The translations under genes were made by a program, and so were the position numbers. Below are positions 1 to 8,208 of a DNA stretch of 64,000 nucleotides, piece by piece. The stretch is from a virus: positions 1 to 64,000 of the IMG/VR virus record IMGVR_UViG_3300036985_007703, one strand, 5' to 3'. Each line of letters opens with the position of its first letter. Within the stretch, counting starts at the first letter, position 1. The notes beneath the pieces are model-generated. The model saw only the letters and a program-made list of their open reading frames with translations. It had not been told where the DNA came from and made no database searches.

Positions 1-199
1 CCACGCCCCCGCCGTGTGCCTCGGCCACGACGTCCCCCTTGGCGTAGGGCGAGCACCCGCTTCCCTTGACGCGCCGCCCCCGCATGGCCGCCGCCACGCG
101 CCGCTCCTGCGCCTTGGGCGCCCCCACGTGCGCGTGGTCCCGTCCCCGGTCCTGGCGGTCCACGGCGTCCTCCGCATAGCGCTGGGGCAGGTGCCGCAT
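1..199 (-). CDS. Hjc-like PD-(D/E)xK Holliday junction resolvase (partial, runs off the left edge)
   Basis: Manual translation from ATG at 199, overlapping the RecA stop: MRHLPQ...KAQERRVAAAMRGRRVKGSGCSPYAKGDVV. The E-R...GSG....KGDV pattern is typical of phage Hjc-like resolvases. Not in the ORF track. Confidence 0.6.
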   Translation of the reverse strand, partial: MRHLPQRYAEDAVDRQDRGRDHAHVGAPKAQERRVAAAMRGRRVKGSGCSPYAKGDVVAEAHGGGV

Positions 200-1539
200 C
201 AGACCCCCTTGGCCACGCCGTCGATCATGGCGGCCAGCAGGGCCTCGCGCACGCGCCACCGCGCGCCCTCCGCAAAGAGCTTCTCGGTGGCCGCCGTCTT
301 CGTGGGGCAGCGCACCGTGTCCTCGCCGGGCAACCGCACAAACCACTTCGATCCGTCCTTGCCGAAGAGCCCGTGGCGCTCCGCGAGGTCCAGGACGAAG
401 TCCCGCTCGTCGACCTGCCCCGCCTGGGGCCCCCGCACGAGCAGCGTGTAGGCCCCCGCCGCGCGGCTCGCGAACGTCTGGTTCTTCTCGCTCAGGAAGT
501 TGACCCGCACGGACTCCCCCAGCTTGATCTGGCCGTCCGCGCTCACGTCGCCCTTCGCAAACACGTCCTCCGCCTCCCAGCCGCTCGCCCAGAGCTTGAT
601 GCGCAGCATGGCCATGAAGCGCGGGGCGTGCCCCCCAGTCGTCTTCGTCTTCGGTGCCCAGGGGTCCGTCGCCATGCTGTCGCGCATCTGGTTGATCCAG
701 ATCTGGGTCAGCTCGCGCCCCCGGTAGCGGTAGAGGTCATTCGTCGCGGAGACCATGCGCCGCACGAGCCGCCCGATCAGGGCTGAGGACCCGCCCCGCT
801 TGCCCTCCTTCTCGGCCGCCTCCTCGATCTCCGCGCTCGGGATCATCGTGGCCAGGCTGTCGAGCACCATGAGGTCCACGGCCCCCGTCAGCGCCGTGGC
901 GCAGTACATGTCGATGGCCTCCTCCGCGGAGGTCGGCTGGCTGTAGTGCAGGATCCGCGCGTCCACCCCCAGCTTGGCCGCCCAGGCCCAGTCGATCTTG
1001 CCCTCGATGTTGTACAGGGCGCAGCGCAGCTCCTCGTAGGAGTTCTCGCGCATGGCCGCGATGCGCTCGCGGTACTCCACGTCCGTCTCCTGCCGGTCCT
1101 TCTTGCCCGCCTCCTGGAAGTACAAGCGCCGCGGGCGATGGGCCCCGGACCGCACGCAATCGCACTCCCCCTCCACCGCGTACTCCGCCGGCTTCACCAG
1201 CTCCCCCGACAGGGGGTCAAAGACGTCCTCGGAGATCTGCACAACCCGACGGCTGCGCGGGGGGCAATAGCAGTTCGCGCAGAGCTTCTGCGCCTCCCCG
1301 ATCGCCCGCAACGCCGTGACGGTCTTCCCGCTGTTCTCCATGCCGAACAGCTCGGTCTCGCCCCCCACCGGGATGCCCCCGCCGATCGCGAAGTCGAGCG
1401 CAAGGCTCCCCGTGGGGATGCGCCGGGTGCCCGGCGGCCGGATGGCCGTCGCTAACCCAAAGGCCCCTTGGCCGTGTTGCTTGACGATCTGCGCCTGCAG
1501 CGCCTTCAGCGCCGCGAGCCGGCTGGTCCCCTCCGCCAT
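199..1539 (-). CDS. recA: RecA/UvsX recombinase with a Cys-rich insertion
   Basis: IPTGSLALDFAIGGGIPVG, Walker A GMENSGKT, Walker B LMVLDS, WINQMR, TTGGHAPRFMA. Confidence 0.93.
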   Translation of the reverse strand: MAEGTSRLAALKALQAQIVKQHGQGAFGLATAIRPPGTRRIPTGSLALDFAIGGGIPVGGETELFGMENSGKTVTALRAIGEAQKLCANCYCPPRSRRVVQISEDVFDPLSGELVKPAEYAVEGECDCVRSGAHRPRRLYFQEAGKKDRQETDVEYRERIAAMRENSYEELRCALYNIEGKIDWAWAAKLGVDARILHYSQPTSAEEAIDMYCATALTGAVDLMVLDSLATMIPSAEIEEAAEKEGKRGGSSALIGRLVRRMVSATNDLYRYRGRELTQIWINQMRDSMATDPWAPKTKTTGGHAPRFMAMLRIKLWASGWEAEDVFAKGDVSADGQIKLGESVRVNFLSEKNQTFASRAAGAYTLLVRGPQAGQVDERDFVLDLAERHGLFGKDGSKWFVRLPGEDTVRCPTKTAATEKLFAEGARWRVREALLAAMIDGVAKGV

Positions 1540-1546
1540 GGTGCCC

Positions 1547-2116
1547 TCACTTCACCTGCAGGCAGGTCTTGTTCGTGATCAGCTTCGCACCCTCGACGGT
1601 TTTGCCCGCCTTGAGGCGGTCGCCGATGGCCTTCTTGTTGAGCTTGGGCTCCCACGTCACGATCTCCGCGTCGTCCTTGTGCAGCTTGGCGAAGACGTCC
1701 GGTTCCTCGATGTCGACCGAGGCCGGGTTCTTCTTGATCAGGACGCTCGCATAGTTCTCGGTCTCCAGCTTCTGGACCTTCGCGATCTCCATCGCCGCCT
1801 TCACGTAGTCGTAGAGCCGGACCTGCTGCGCCTCCAGGGAGCGTGCGTGCTCGGTCAGGGAATTTGCCCGGTCGCGGAACATGCGCGCCCGCGTCCACGC
1901 CTCATCGCCCACCCAGAGGCAGCGGTCGATCTTCGTGGCGAGGTCGCCCTCGGCCGCCTGCAGCTCCGCGAACAGGGCGTCGGTGACCTCGCCGTCCAGC
2001 TCGTCGATCGCGAACAGCACCTCGCGGAACCGCGCCACGATCTCCATCAAGCTCGGTTTCTTGCTGGGGGCCACGGTAGTTTCAGTGCTTGCTTGCGTTG
2101 CGTCCATGACATCCAC
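1547..2116 (-). CDS. Siphovirus Gp157-like protein
   Basis: Coiled-coil N-terminus; KKNPASVDI...PKLNKKAIGDRLKAGKTVEGAKL...LQVK C-terminus characteristic of Gp157. Confidence 0.85.
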   Translation of the reverse strand: MDVMDATQASTETTVAPSKKPSLMEIVARFREVLFAIDELDGEVTDALFAELQAAEGDLATKIDRCLWVGDEAWTRARMFRDRANSLTEHARSLEAQQVRLYDYVKAAMEIAKVQKLETENYASVLIKKNPASVDIEEPDVFAKLHKDDAEIVTWEPKLNKKAIGDRLKAGKTVEGAKLITNKTCLQVK

Positions 2117-2163
2117 CCTTCCGCGCCCCTCGGGCGCTGGTTGACAAATCCGCCGACCTGTTT

Positions 2164-2195
2164 TTGTCTACACCCCCGCGAGGGTGTTTGTCAAC
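2164..2195 (-). promoter_or_regulatory. sigma70-type promoter (GTTGACAAAC family) with an inverted copy at 2140-2148
   Basis: Minus strand TTGACA-18nt-TAGACA; plus-strand GTTGACAAA at 2140. Confidence 0.55.
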
Positions 2196-2420
2196 GATTT
2201 TTAGCGGGGATCGATCGCCCGCACGGCCCCCGCCGTCAGCTCGCTCGTGCGCACCAGATAGGCCACGATGTCGTCCTCGCGCGGGTCACAGCGCTCGACC
2301 GCCACCCAGTCCCGCGACCGGAACGCGAGCACGCGGTGGGGGCGCCCCTGCCACCCCACGAGCTGCCCCACGCGGAGCCCCGCCACCCGCCGCCGGACGG
2401 GGGGGGCCTCCACCTCGGCC

Positions 2421-3107
2421 TCATGCCGAGGCATGGGCACCAGGAACAGGAAGGGCTTGATCGGCTGGTCTGGCGTTATGCGGCTCACGGCTCCCCAGGA
2501 CCGCGCGGATGTCGCGGCCATCTCCTGGCAGATCCAAGCCGATCCCATGCCACCCGTCAACCTTCTCGCGCGCGAACAGCTCCACGCGGCGCTGCGGCCC
2601 GTAAAGGCGCTGGATGCGCCGCGCCACTTCGTAGGGCTTCGCGCTGTGCGGCCCCAGTTGGCACTGCACGCACTCCGCCTCCAGGGTCTCCACCTCCTGG
2701 GCAATCCCGGCGTCCACGCGGGAGATGCCCTTGCCCCGCGCCCCCATGAGGACGTACTCGTAGCAACTCCGCGTGTGGCGCCCCATCCCGGTCATCGGCG
2801 TGCCCTTGGGGTAGACCTTGCGCCACACAAACAGCATCGTCTTGTACTCGAACCCCCACGCCGCCATCACCGCAAGGGCCTCGCGCATGAGGGGCCCCGT
2901 GGCCCACATCGCGCAGATCGCGTGCGGCGCGCAGATCCTCGGCACGTCCAGCGCGCAGAGGTCGGGGAGCTTCAACAGGGGGTACTGGAACGCCGCCCCG
3001 CGCGCGCCCGCCGCCCCCTTGTCCGCATAGGTCCACGGGCAGTCCGCCAGCACCACGTCGAAGGGCCCCGCGTCCTCGGGGCGCGCCAGGGGGCCCATCA
3101 CCCGCAC
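2421..3107 (-). CDS. MT-A70 family adenine methyltransferase
   Basis: FDVVLADCPWTY (DPPW variant), MWAT, WGFEYKT..VWRK, GMGRHTRSCYE, HSAKP, RVELFAR. Confidence 0.9.
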   Translation of the reverse strand: MRVMGPLARPEDAGPFDVVLADCPWTYADKGAAGARGAAFQYPLLKLPDLCALDVPRICAPHAICAMWATGPLMREALAVMAAWGFEYKTMLFVWRKVYPKGTPMTGMGRHTRSCYEYVLMGARGKGISRVDAGIAQEVETLEAECVQCQLGPHSAKPYEVARRIQRLYGPQRRVELFAREKVDGWHGIGLDLPGDGRDIRAVLGSREPHNARPADQALPVPGAHASA

Positions 3108-3478
3108 CTCGCCGCGTAGCGGCCCCGTGGCCCCGCCCGCCGCGCCTGCGCCGCGCCCCCGGCCGCCAGCTTCGCCCGCGCCCGCGCCGCCGCCCGCTTC
3201 TCCTCACGGAGCGCCTGCCGCGGGGCATCCACCTCCGCGCACGGCGGCGCCAGGTAGGCCACCCCCTTGTGCGGGGTCTCCGCCTCCACGAGGTAACGGT
3301 CCTCCAGCGGGCTCATGGGCGCCGCATGCAGGGCGCTCATCCGCGTCCCCGCCGGCACATAAATGTAGGCGGAACGCCCCGCCGGCACGATCGCGACCAC
3401 GCGCCCCTCGCGCGCCTCGCTGCGCCCGCGCGGCACCCAGCGCAGGACGTCCCCCACCGCATACTTGTGCAAGTCCAT
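3098..3478 (-). CDS. hypothetical protein (SH3/KOW-like start MDLHKYAVGDVLRW)
   Basis: ATG at 3478 coupled to the upstream stop; protein-like composition. Confidence 0.55.
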   Translation of the reverse strand: MDLHKYAVGDVLRWVPRGRSEAREGRVVAIVPAGRSAYIYVPAGTRMSALHAAPMSPLEDRYLVEAETPHKGVAYLAPPCAEVDAPRQALREEKRAAARARAKLAAGGAAQARRAGPRGRYAARCG

Positions 3479-3888
3479 CACTTCTCCTTGGGCGCCTTCC
3501 GCGCCCGCTTCGCCGCGGGCTTCGCAACCCGCTTCCGCGCCGGCTTGGCGGCCTCCACGGCCTGGGCCCGCGCCTCCGCCTCGATCCCCAGGAGCGTCTG
3601 GTCCGCCCACGTGTATAGGTGGTCCCACCGCCACTCCGGCACCCCCGTCATGGGGACCACCACCGTGGCCCGCGCCTCCCCGCGCACGATCAGCGTGGCC
3701 TCCAGCGTGACCTCGGCGTCCGCGGCGAGCCGGTTCGCCGTATAGAGGACCGTCAGCATCACCCCCAGCTTGGGGTCCCCGTCGATCGCGTAGGTCTCCG
3801 TCCACTGCACGGGGCGGCGCGCGAACGCCACCCAGTTGCGCTGCGGGATCTCAGCTACCTGCTCATCAGTTGTCATGGTCTCACACAA
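3478..3888 (-). CDS. hypothetical protein with a basic tail
   Basis: ORF track; overlaps its neighbours. Confidence 0.6.
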   Translation of the reverse strand: MCETMTTDEQVAEIPQRNWVAFARRPVQWTETYAIDGDPKLGVMLTVLYTANRLAADAEVTLEATLIVRGEARATVVVPMTGVPEWRWDHLYTWADQTLLGIEAEARAQAVEAAKPARKRVAKPAAKRARKAPKEK

Positions 3889-4510
3889 GCGTCGTCACCT
3901 GCCCCCCGCGGGCAAGCCGCACCTGCTCCTTGATCTGCACCGCGAGCCAGTCCTGGATCGCGCTCATCGCCGCCGTGGCGTCCGCCGCATCGTCGAGGGG
4001 CTCCGTACACCCCACCTCGGCGCGCACGAACTCAAAGCAATTCTCCATGCGCGGGATCTTCTTGACCGTGCACCCGTAGGTCACGCCGATCACGCGCGCC
4101 CAGCACGCCGACGGGAACGTCAAGGTGGGCGTCGGGGGCTTGTAGTCCTTGTCGGCATGCACCCACGCGATCTCCGCGTCGAGCACCCCGCGCGCGGCCC
4201 CCGCCAGCGCCTCGAACTGCGCCGTGCGGTCCCCGTCCAGCGCAAACCGCGCTTCCAATCGCACCTGCACGCGGATGAACTCCTTGGGCCGGATCTCCGT
4301 CGTGGCCTGCGCCTCGACCATGAGCTGCCGCCCCCCCGTGGCCTGCTCGGACGCCCGCGCCGGCGCCGTCATCACGGTCTGCGTGGGCGCGCGGCCCGGC
4401 TGCGCGTTGGCGTGGACCCCGGCCGTGGCGCGGATCACCGTCGCCTGGGCCTTGAGGTTGGCCAACTTGCGGTTCTTCTTGCTGTTTTTCTTGGCTTTTT
4501 TGCCGCTCAT
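3881..4510 (-). CDS. hypothetical protein (MSGKKAKK...)
   Basis: GGAGG RBS before ATG at 4510; directly downstream of the promoter at 4562-4591. Confidence 0.65.
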   Translation of the reverse strand: MSGKKAKKNSKKNRKLANLKAQATVIRATAGVHANAQPGRAPTQTVMTAPARASEQATGGRQLMVEAQATTEIRPKEFIRVQVRLEARFALDGDRTAQFEALAGAARGVLDAEIAWVHADKDYKPPTPTLTFPSACWARVIGVTYGCTVKKIPRMENCFEFVRAEVGCTEPLDDAADATAAMSAIQDWLAVQIKEQVRLARGGQVTTLV

Positions 4511-4561
4511 CGTGTCCTCCAAGAGGTTCCGGCGGCCCCGCACAGTACGGGGCCTGCCCAC

Positions 4562-4591
4562 AACGTAACCGCTCGCTCGCGGTTTGTCAAC
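4562..4591 (-). promoter_or_regulatory. sigma70-type promoter
   Basis: GTTGACAAACC; TTGACA-17nt-TACGTT. Confidence 0.75.
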
Positions 4592-4607
4592 GCACCGCCG
4601 GCACGCA

Positions 4608-5135
4608 TCAGACCTCGGCCAGCGCCCCGATGGCCCGCCAGCGCCCCTCGATCATCCCCCGCAGGCGCTCGGGGTGCAGCACCTGCCGCCGCTTGTCGGG
4701 GTAGCGCTCGTGGTAGGTCTCCAGCGCCGCCACCACCCCGATGATCTGGTCCCTGGAGTAGAGCGCGCGCCCCCCCCGCGTGCGGTACGGCGTCGGCGGG
4801 AAGATCCCGCGCCGCGCCCAGTCCTGCACGGTGTCCCGCGAGAGCCCCAACGACACGGCCATGGCCGCCAGCGAGTAGCCGCGCACCGGCCCCGCGGGCC
4901 CCTCGCACACGACCCCCGGCGCGGCCTCCGCGGCCTGCTGTGCCCGATCCCGCGCCCGCCGATGGCGCTCCTTCGAGGCCGTCGAGGCATCGCGGATCGC
5001 CTTGCGGTACGCCTCGTCCTCCTCGTACCGCCGCCGCTTCGCCTCGGCCAGCTCCTCGCGGCGCGTCAAATAGTACTGCTGTTGGTACGCCGTCCGGTCC
5101 GGCGGCGTCCGCTCGCCTGTCTTGTCCGCTGTCAC
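4608..5135 (-). CDS. MerR-type HTH DNA-binding protein
   Basis: YSLAAMAVSLGLSRDTVQDWARRGIFPPTPYRTRGGRALYSRDQI matches the MerR/Xis winged HTH pattern. Confidence 0.75.
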   Translation of the reverse strand: MTADKTGERTPPDRTAYQQQYYLTRREELAEAKRRRYEEDEAYRKAIRDASTASKERHRRARDRAQQAAEAAPGVVCEGPAGPVRGYSLAAMAVSLGLSRDTVQDWARRGIFPPTPYRTRGGRALYSRDQIIGVVAALETYHERYPDKRRQVLHPERLRGMIEGRWRAIGALAEV

Positions 5136-5174
5136 ACCCCGATCCTCTCACAACCACGCGCCTGCGCCACGGCA

Positions 5175-5204
5175 TCCTTAACCTACCGCTGGAGGTTTGT
5201 CAAC
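5175..5204 (-). promoter_or_regulatory. sigma70-type promoter
   Basis: GTTGACAAACC; TTGACA-17nt-TAAGGA. Confidence 0.6.
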
Positions 5205-6725
5205 GCTCAAGCGCCCCTGCCCCTCCTCCCCCGGCAGCGCCACCCCCATGCGGCGGTAGAGCTTGTCCCGCCCCCGCGCCTTGCGCTCGCTCCACGCCAC
5301 CTCGGGATCCCGCACGTCCACCACCACCGGCGTGGGCTTGCCCGTGCACTGCCCCGCCCGCCAGGGGCAGTAGTGGGCGCACTTCTCGGGGGCCGGCGTG
5401 CACCACCGCCGCACCCGGCCGATCGCCTGCTCCGCATCCCCCAGGGGGGTCGCCAGCACGATCACGTCCAGGGCGGACACGTCGAGGCCCTCCGCGACGA
5501 GCTGGATCGTGCAGAGCAGCACGTTCGCGCGCTCCGCCTCCCGCAGCTCCTCGCGCGTCAGGGTGCGCTTGGCCTCCCCCTCCTCCCCGGTGAACCACTG
5601 CCCCGTGTAGGGCGCGATGGCCACCGGGAACGGCGGCGGCGCCACCTCCAGGATCTTGCGCAGGTCCGCGCGGAGCGCCCGCAGGTGCTCCAGCCGATGG
5701 CTCACGACCATCACCTTGCGCCCCTTGCGCACCGCGATGGCGATGTCCTCCGCGATGTGCCGCGTGCGCGCCGCGTCCTCCCCGAGCTGGCTGATCACCT
5801 GCGCGCTGTTCATGCGCATCGCGCTCACCCGGTAGTCCCCGCGCCGGATCCCCGTCAGCTCGCTGTCCGACTGCAGGAGGCGCACCCCGAACGGCATCGA
5901 CTGGGCCTGCATGGTGTGCAGGATCGGCCCGATGTGGTGGAAGAACACGGGCTCCGCCCGATCCGCGCGCCGCGGCGTCGCCGAGAGCCCCAGGCGGTAC
6001 GCCGCCGTGAAGCGGTGCGCCACGCTGCTCCAGACCTCGGACCCCACGTGGTGCATCTCGTCGACCACGAACAGCCCGAAGGCCTCGTACAGGGCGCGCG
6101 GGTAGCGCTGCGTCTGCACATCCTTGGCCAGGGACTGGATCATGGCGATCACGAAGTCCTTGTCACGGTAGTCGCAGGTGTCCTGGCGCACCACGCCGAT
6201 CCGCGCATCCGGCAGCACGTCCCGGATGCGGGCCGCCCACTGCTCCAGGAAGAACTCCTTGTGGACCACCACGAGCGTGGCCCGCCCCAGGCGCCGCGCT
6301 AGCTCCACGGCCAGGATCGTCTTCCCGCTCCCGCAGCCCGCGCAGAGGATGCCCCCGCCCCAGGGGTGCGCCGTGAGGCGGTGCTCCAGCACGGCCAGGG
6401 CCTCCGCCTGCTGCGCGAAGGGGCCGTCCGCCCGGTAGCGCGAGGCCATGCGCTGCATGGGCTGCCCCATGCTCACCTGGACGATCTCCTCGTTCTGTCC
6501 CTTGGCCGAGGCGCGGTAGAACCCGCGCGGCACCCCGAAGAGCCCCACCTCGGGGCGGTCCCGGTAGAGCATGAGGGGCTTGGGCTGCGCGACCCCCGCC
6601 ACGTCCGTGGTCAGGATCGGCTGCACGGTCAGCGCCGTGCGGAGCGCCCGTAGGTTGCCCTCGCTCAGCGCCCCCCGCTCCAGCCACGCCCACCCGTCGA
6701 TAATCACGCGCATGGATCGCCTCAT
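5178..6725 (-). CDS. Superfamily 2 DEAD/DEAH helicase (UvsW/XPB-like)
   Basis: GCGSGKT, VVDEMHH, LSATP, AEGLDV, QAIGRVRR. Start trimmed because the track's longer ORF overlaps the tRNA. Confidence 0.9.
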   Translation of the reverse strand: MRRSMRVIIDGWAWLERGALSEGNLRALRTALTVQPILTTDVAGVAQPKPLMLYRDRPEVGLFGVPRGFYRASAKGQNEEIVQVSMGQPMQRMASRYRADGPFAQQAEALAVLEHRLTAHPWGGGILCAGCGSGKTILAVELARRLGRATLVVVHKEFFLEQWAARIRDVLPDARIGVVRQDTCDYRDKDFVIAMIQSLAKDVQTQRYPRALYEAFGLFVVDEMHHVGSEVWSSVAHRFTAAYRLGLSATPRRADRAEPVFFHHIGPILHTMQAQSMPFGVRLLQSDSELTGIRRGDYRVSAMRMNSAQVISQLGEDAARTRHIAEDIAIAVRKGRKVMVVSHRLEHLRALRADLRKILEVAPPPFPVAIAPYTGQWFTGEEGEAKRTLTREELREAERANVLLCTIQLVAEGLDVSALDVIVLATPLGDAEQAIGRVRRWCTPAPEKCAHYCPWRAGQCTGKPTPVVVDVRDPEVAWSERKARGRDKLYRRMGVALPGEEGQGRLSVDKPPAVG

Positions 6726-6736
6726 CCCCCTGCCTG

Positions 6737-6809
6737 TAGACCAGCACGGAATCGAACCGTGGACACGCGGATTAAGAATCCGCTGCTCTACCATCTGAGC
6801 TACTGGTCC
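6737..6809 (-). tRNA. tRNA-Lys (anticodon CTT), CCA not encoded
   Basis: GGACCAG TA GCTC AGATGGTA GAGC A GCGGA TTCTTAA TCCGC GTGTC CACGG TTCGATT CCGTG CTGGTCT A folds into a full cloverleaf. Confidence 0.93.
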
Positions 6810-6902
6810 AAACCGCGAGCCCAGTGCTACAGCGCTCGCTGCTCTACGGCTGTCGCCGGCCTCCACCAGGGCACCCGTTTACGGTACGGGTCCGGGACCG
6901 CG

Positions 6903-7249
6903 TGGACTCGCCGAGAATCGAACTCGGGTCCGCCCGCGCCGCCAACGAAATCTCGTCCACAGGCTTGGCGATGTCGATGCGCCGGCCGCGGCCCATCGCG
7001 AGCCCACGTCCGCTGTGCCCCCGTGCCTTAGGCGACCCTACCTGGGGCCTCTCCGGTCGCCGCACCCTGCTTGATGACGCCGCATCGGCCCCTCCAGGGG
7101 GAAGGGACCGGGCGACGGGTCACGGCTCACGCCGCGGCCTGATACTCCTGCTGTTTGGCATTCGTATGGTGGCGCCTCTGTGCCCTGTGAGCGCCATCAG
7201 GGGCCTGCGACCTCGCCCTTGGCCCGAGCGTCGAAACCATGTCGAGCCC
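6903..7249 (-). ncRNA. ssrA: tmRNA, tag peptide (A)AKQQEYQAAA*
   Basis: 5' GGGCTCGACATGGTTTCGAC and 3' GGACCCGAGTTCGATTCTCGGCGAGTCCA; acceptor stem has the G3-U wobble (Ala identity); tag ORF at 7159-7127 ends AAA*; 347 nt. Confidence 0.92.
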
Positions 7250-7278
7250 TCGTTCCCTGCGCACGCGCGTGCGCAGCC

Positions 7279-7335
7279 AAAAAAGCGCGGGACGGCCGAC
7301 CGAGGTTGGGAGTGAGAACAATCGGCCGCCCCGCA
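7279..7335 (-). terminator. probable intrinsic terminator after ssb
   Basis: GCGGGGCGGCCGA...TCGGCCGTCCCGC stem followed by GCTTTTTT on the minus strand; the loop is long. Confidence 0.5.
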
Positions 7336-7345
7336 CAAACACCGC

Positions 7346-8104
7346 CTAGTAGCTCGCGCCCTTGGGCTCATCCCAGGGCTCTTTCCGCTTCGTCGAGGAC
7401 CGCGCCGCCAGCCGCTGGAGCTGGTCGAACGTGGGGATCGGGAACTCCTTGTAGTAGTCGTAGGGCCCCAGCTCCTTGAGGTGGTCCGGGTTGGCCCCGA
7501 GTTCGAGGAGGTAGCGCTTCACGTCCTGCAGCGCGATGCGCTCCACGAACTGGTGGTCCGAGCCCACGGTCTCGCTCAGCGAGCCTTCGCGGCTCACGTC
7601 CCACACGGTCCCCGCGAGGTCCCCGCCGTTGGCGATGGCCCGCTTGCGGAGGCGCGTCAGCACGCCGGGCTTGTCCTCCGACCCCCTCTTGGCCCCGTAG
7701 AGCTTGCGCATGAACTGGTAGCTCTTAGTGGGGTCCTTGACGCCCTTGTAGGCCGACAAGAGGGCCTTGCCGTTCTCGTACACGACCATGCCCAGGTCGA
7801 TCACCGTGAACCAGCCGAAGAAGAGCGGCCAGTTCTTGATCTCGCACAGGGGGCACCCCCGCCCGCCCGCGTTGTTGGGCAGCGCGTTCTTCTCCAGGCA
7901 GAGGTAGAGGTCATGCTCGTTGTTGATCTTCCAGGTGTCGTGGAAGTACGCGGGGAACGGCATCCCGTCGAGGAAGAGGATCCTGCGCGTCTCCCCGTCC
8001 TTCATGTAGAACTTGCGAAGGCCGAGGTCGCTAGCGTTCTTGTCCTTGCTGTAGTCCTCGGTGCTATCCCAGCCCGCTTGGGCCCATCCCGTCTGCTGTG
8101 TCAT
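7346..8104 (-). CDS. single-stranded DNA-binding protein (gp32-like, Zn-binding)
   Basis: KFYMKDGETRRILFLD...H...C...GCPLC, then WDVSREG; lies beside primase and helicase. Confidence 0.65.
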   Translation of the reverse strand: MTQQTGWAQAGWDSTEDYSKDKNASDLGLRKFYMKDGETRRILFLDGMPFPAYFHDTWKINNEHDLYLCLEKNALPNNAGGRGCPLCEIKNWPLFFGWFTVIDLGMVVYENGKALLSAYKGVKDPTKSYQFMRKLYGAKRGSEDKPGVLTRLRKRAIANGGDLAGTVWDVSREGSLSETVGSDHQFVERIALQDVKRYLLELGANPDHLKELGPYDYYKEFPIPTFDQLQRLAARSSTKRKEPWDEPKGASY

Positions 8105-8178
8105 GGTGTCTCGTCTTTCCTCGTGTTGCGCTCAGTCAACTGTGAGTGGGGATCCGATCACAACATGTGATCGCCCCC

Positions 8179-8208
8179 GTCCTACCGCATCCCACGTGGT
8201 TTGTCAAC
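8179..8208 (-). promoter_or_regulatory. sigma70-type promoter
   Basis: GTTGACAAACC; TTGACA-17nt-TAGGAC; downstream GATCACA/TGTGATC hairpin at about 8156-8172. Confidence 0.6.

Noticed and set aside
1020-1290. RecA insertion as an intein
   Set aside because: It is too short, has no HN-[CST] terminus and no Hint motifs.
6726-6866. N-terminal extension of the SF2 helicase in the ORF track
   Set aside because: It overlaps the tRNA-Lys gene; the real start is near 6725 or 6713.
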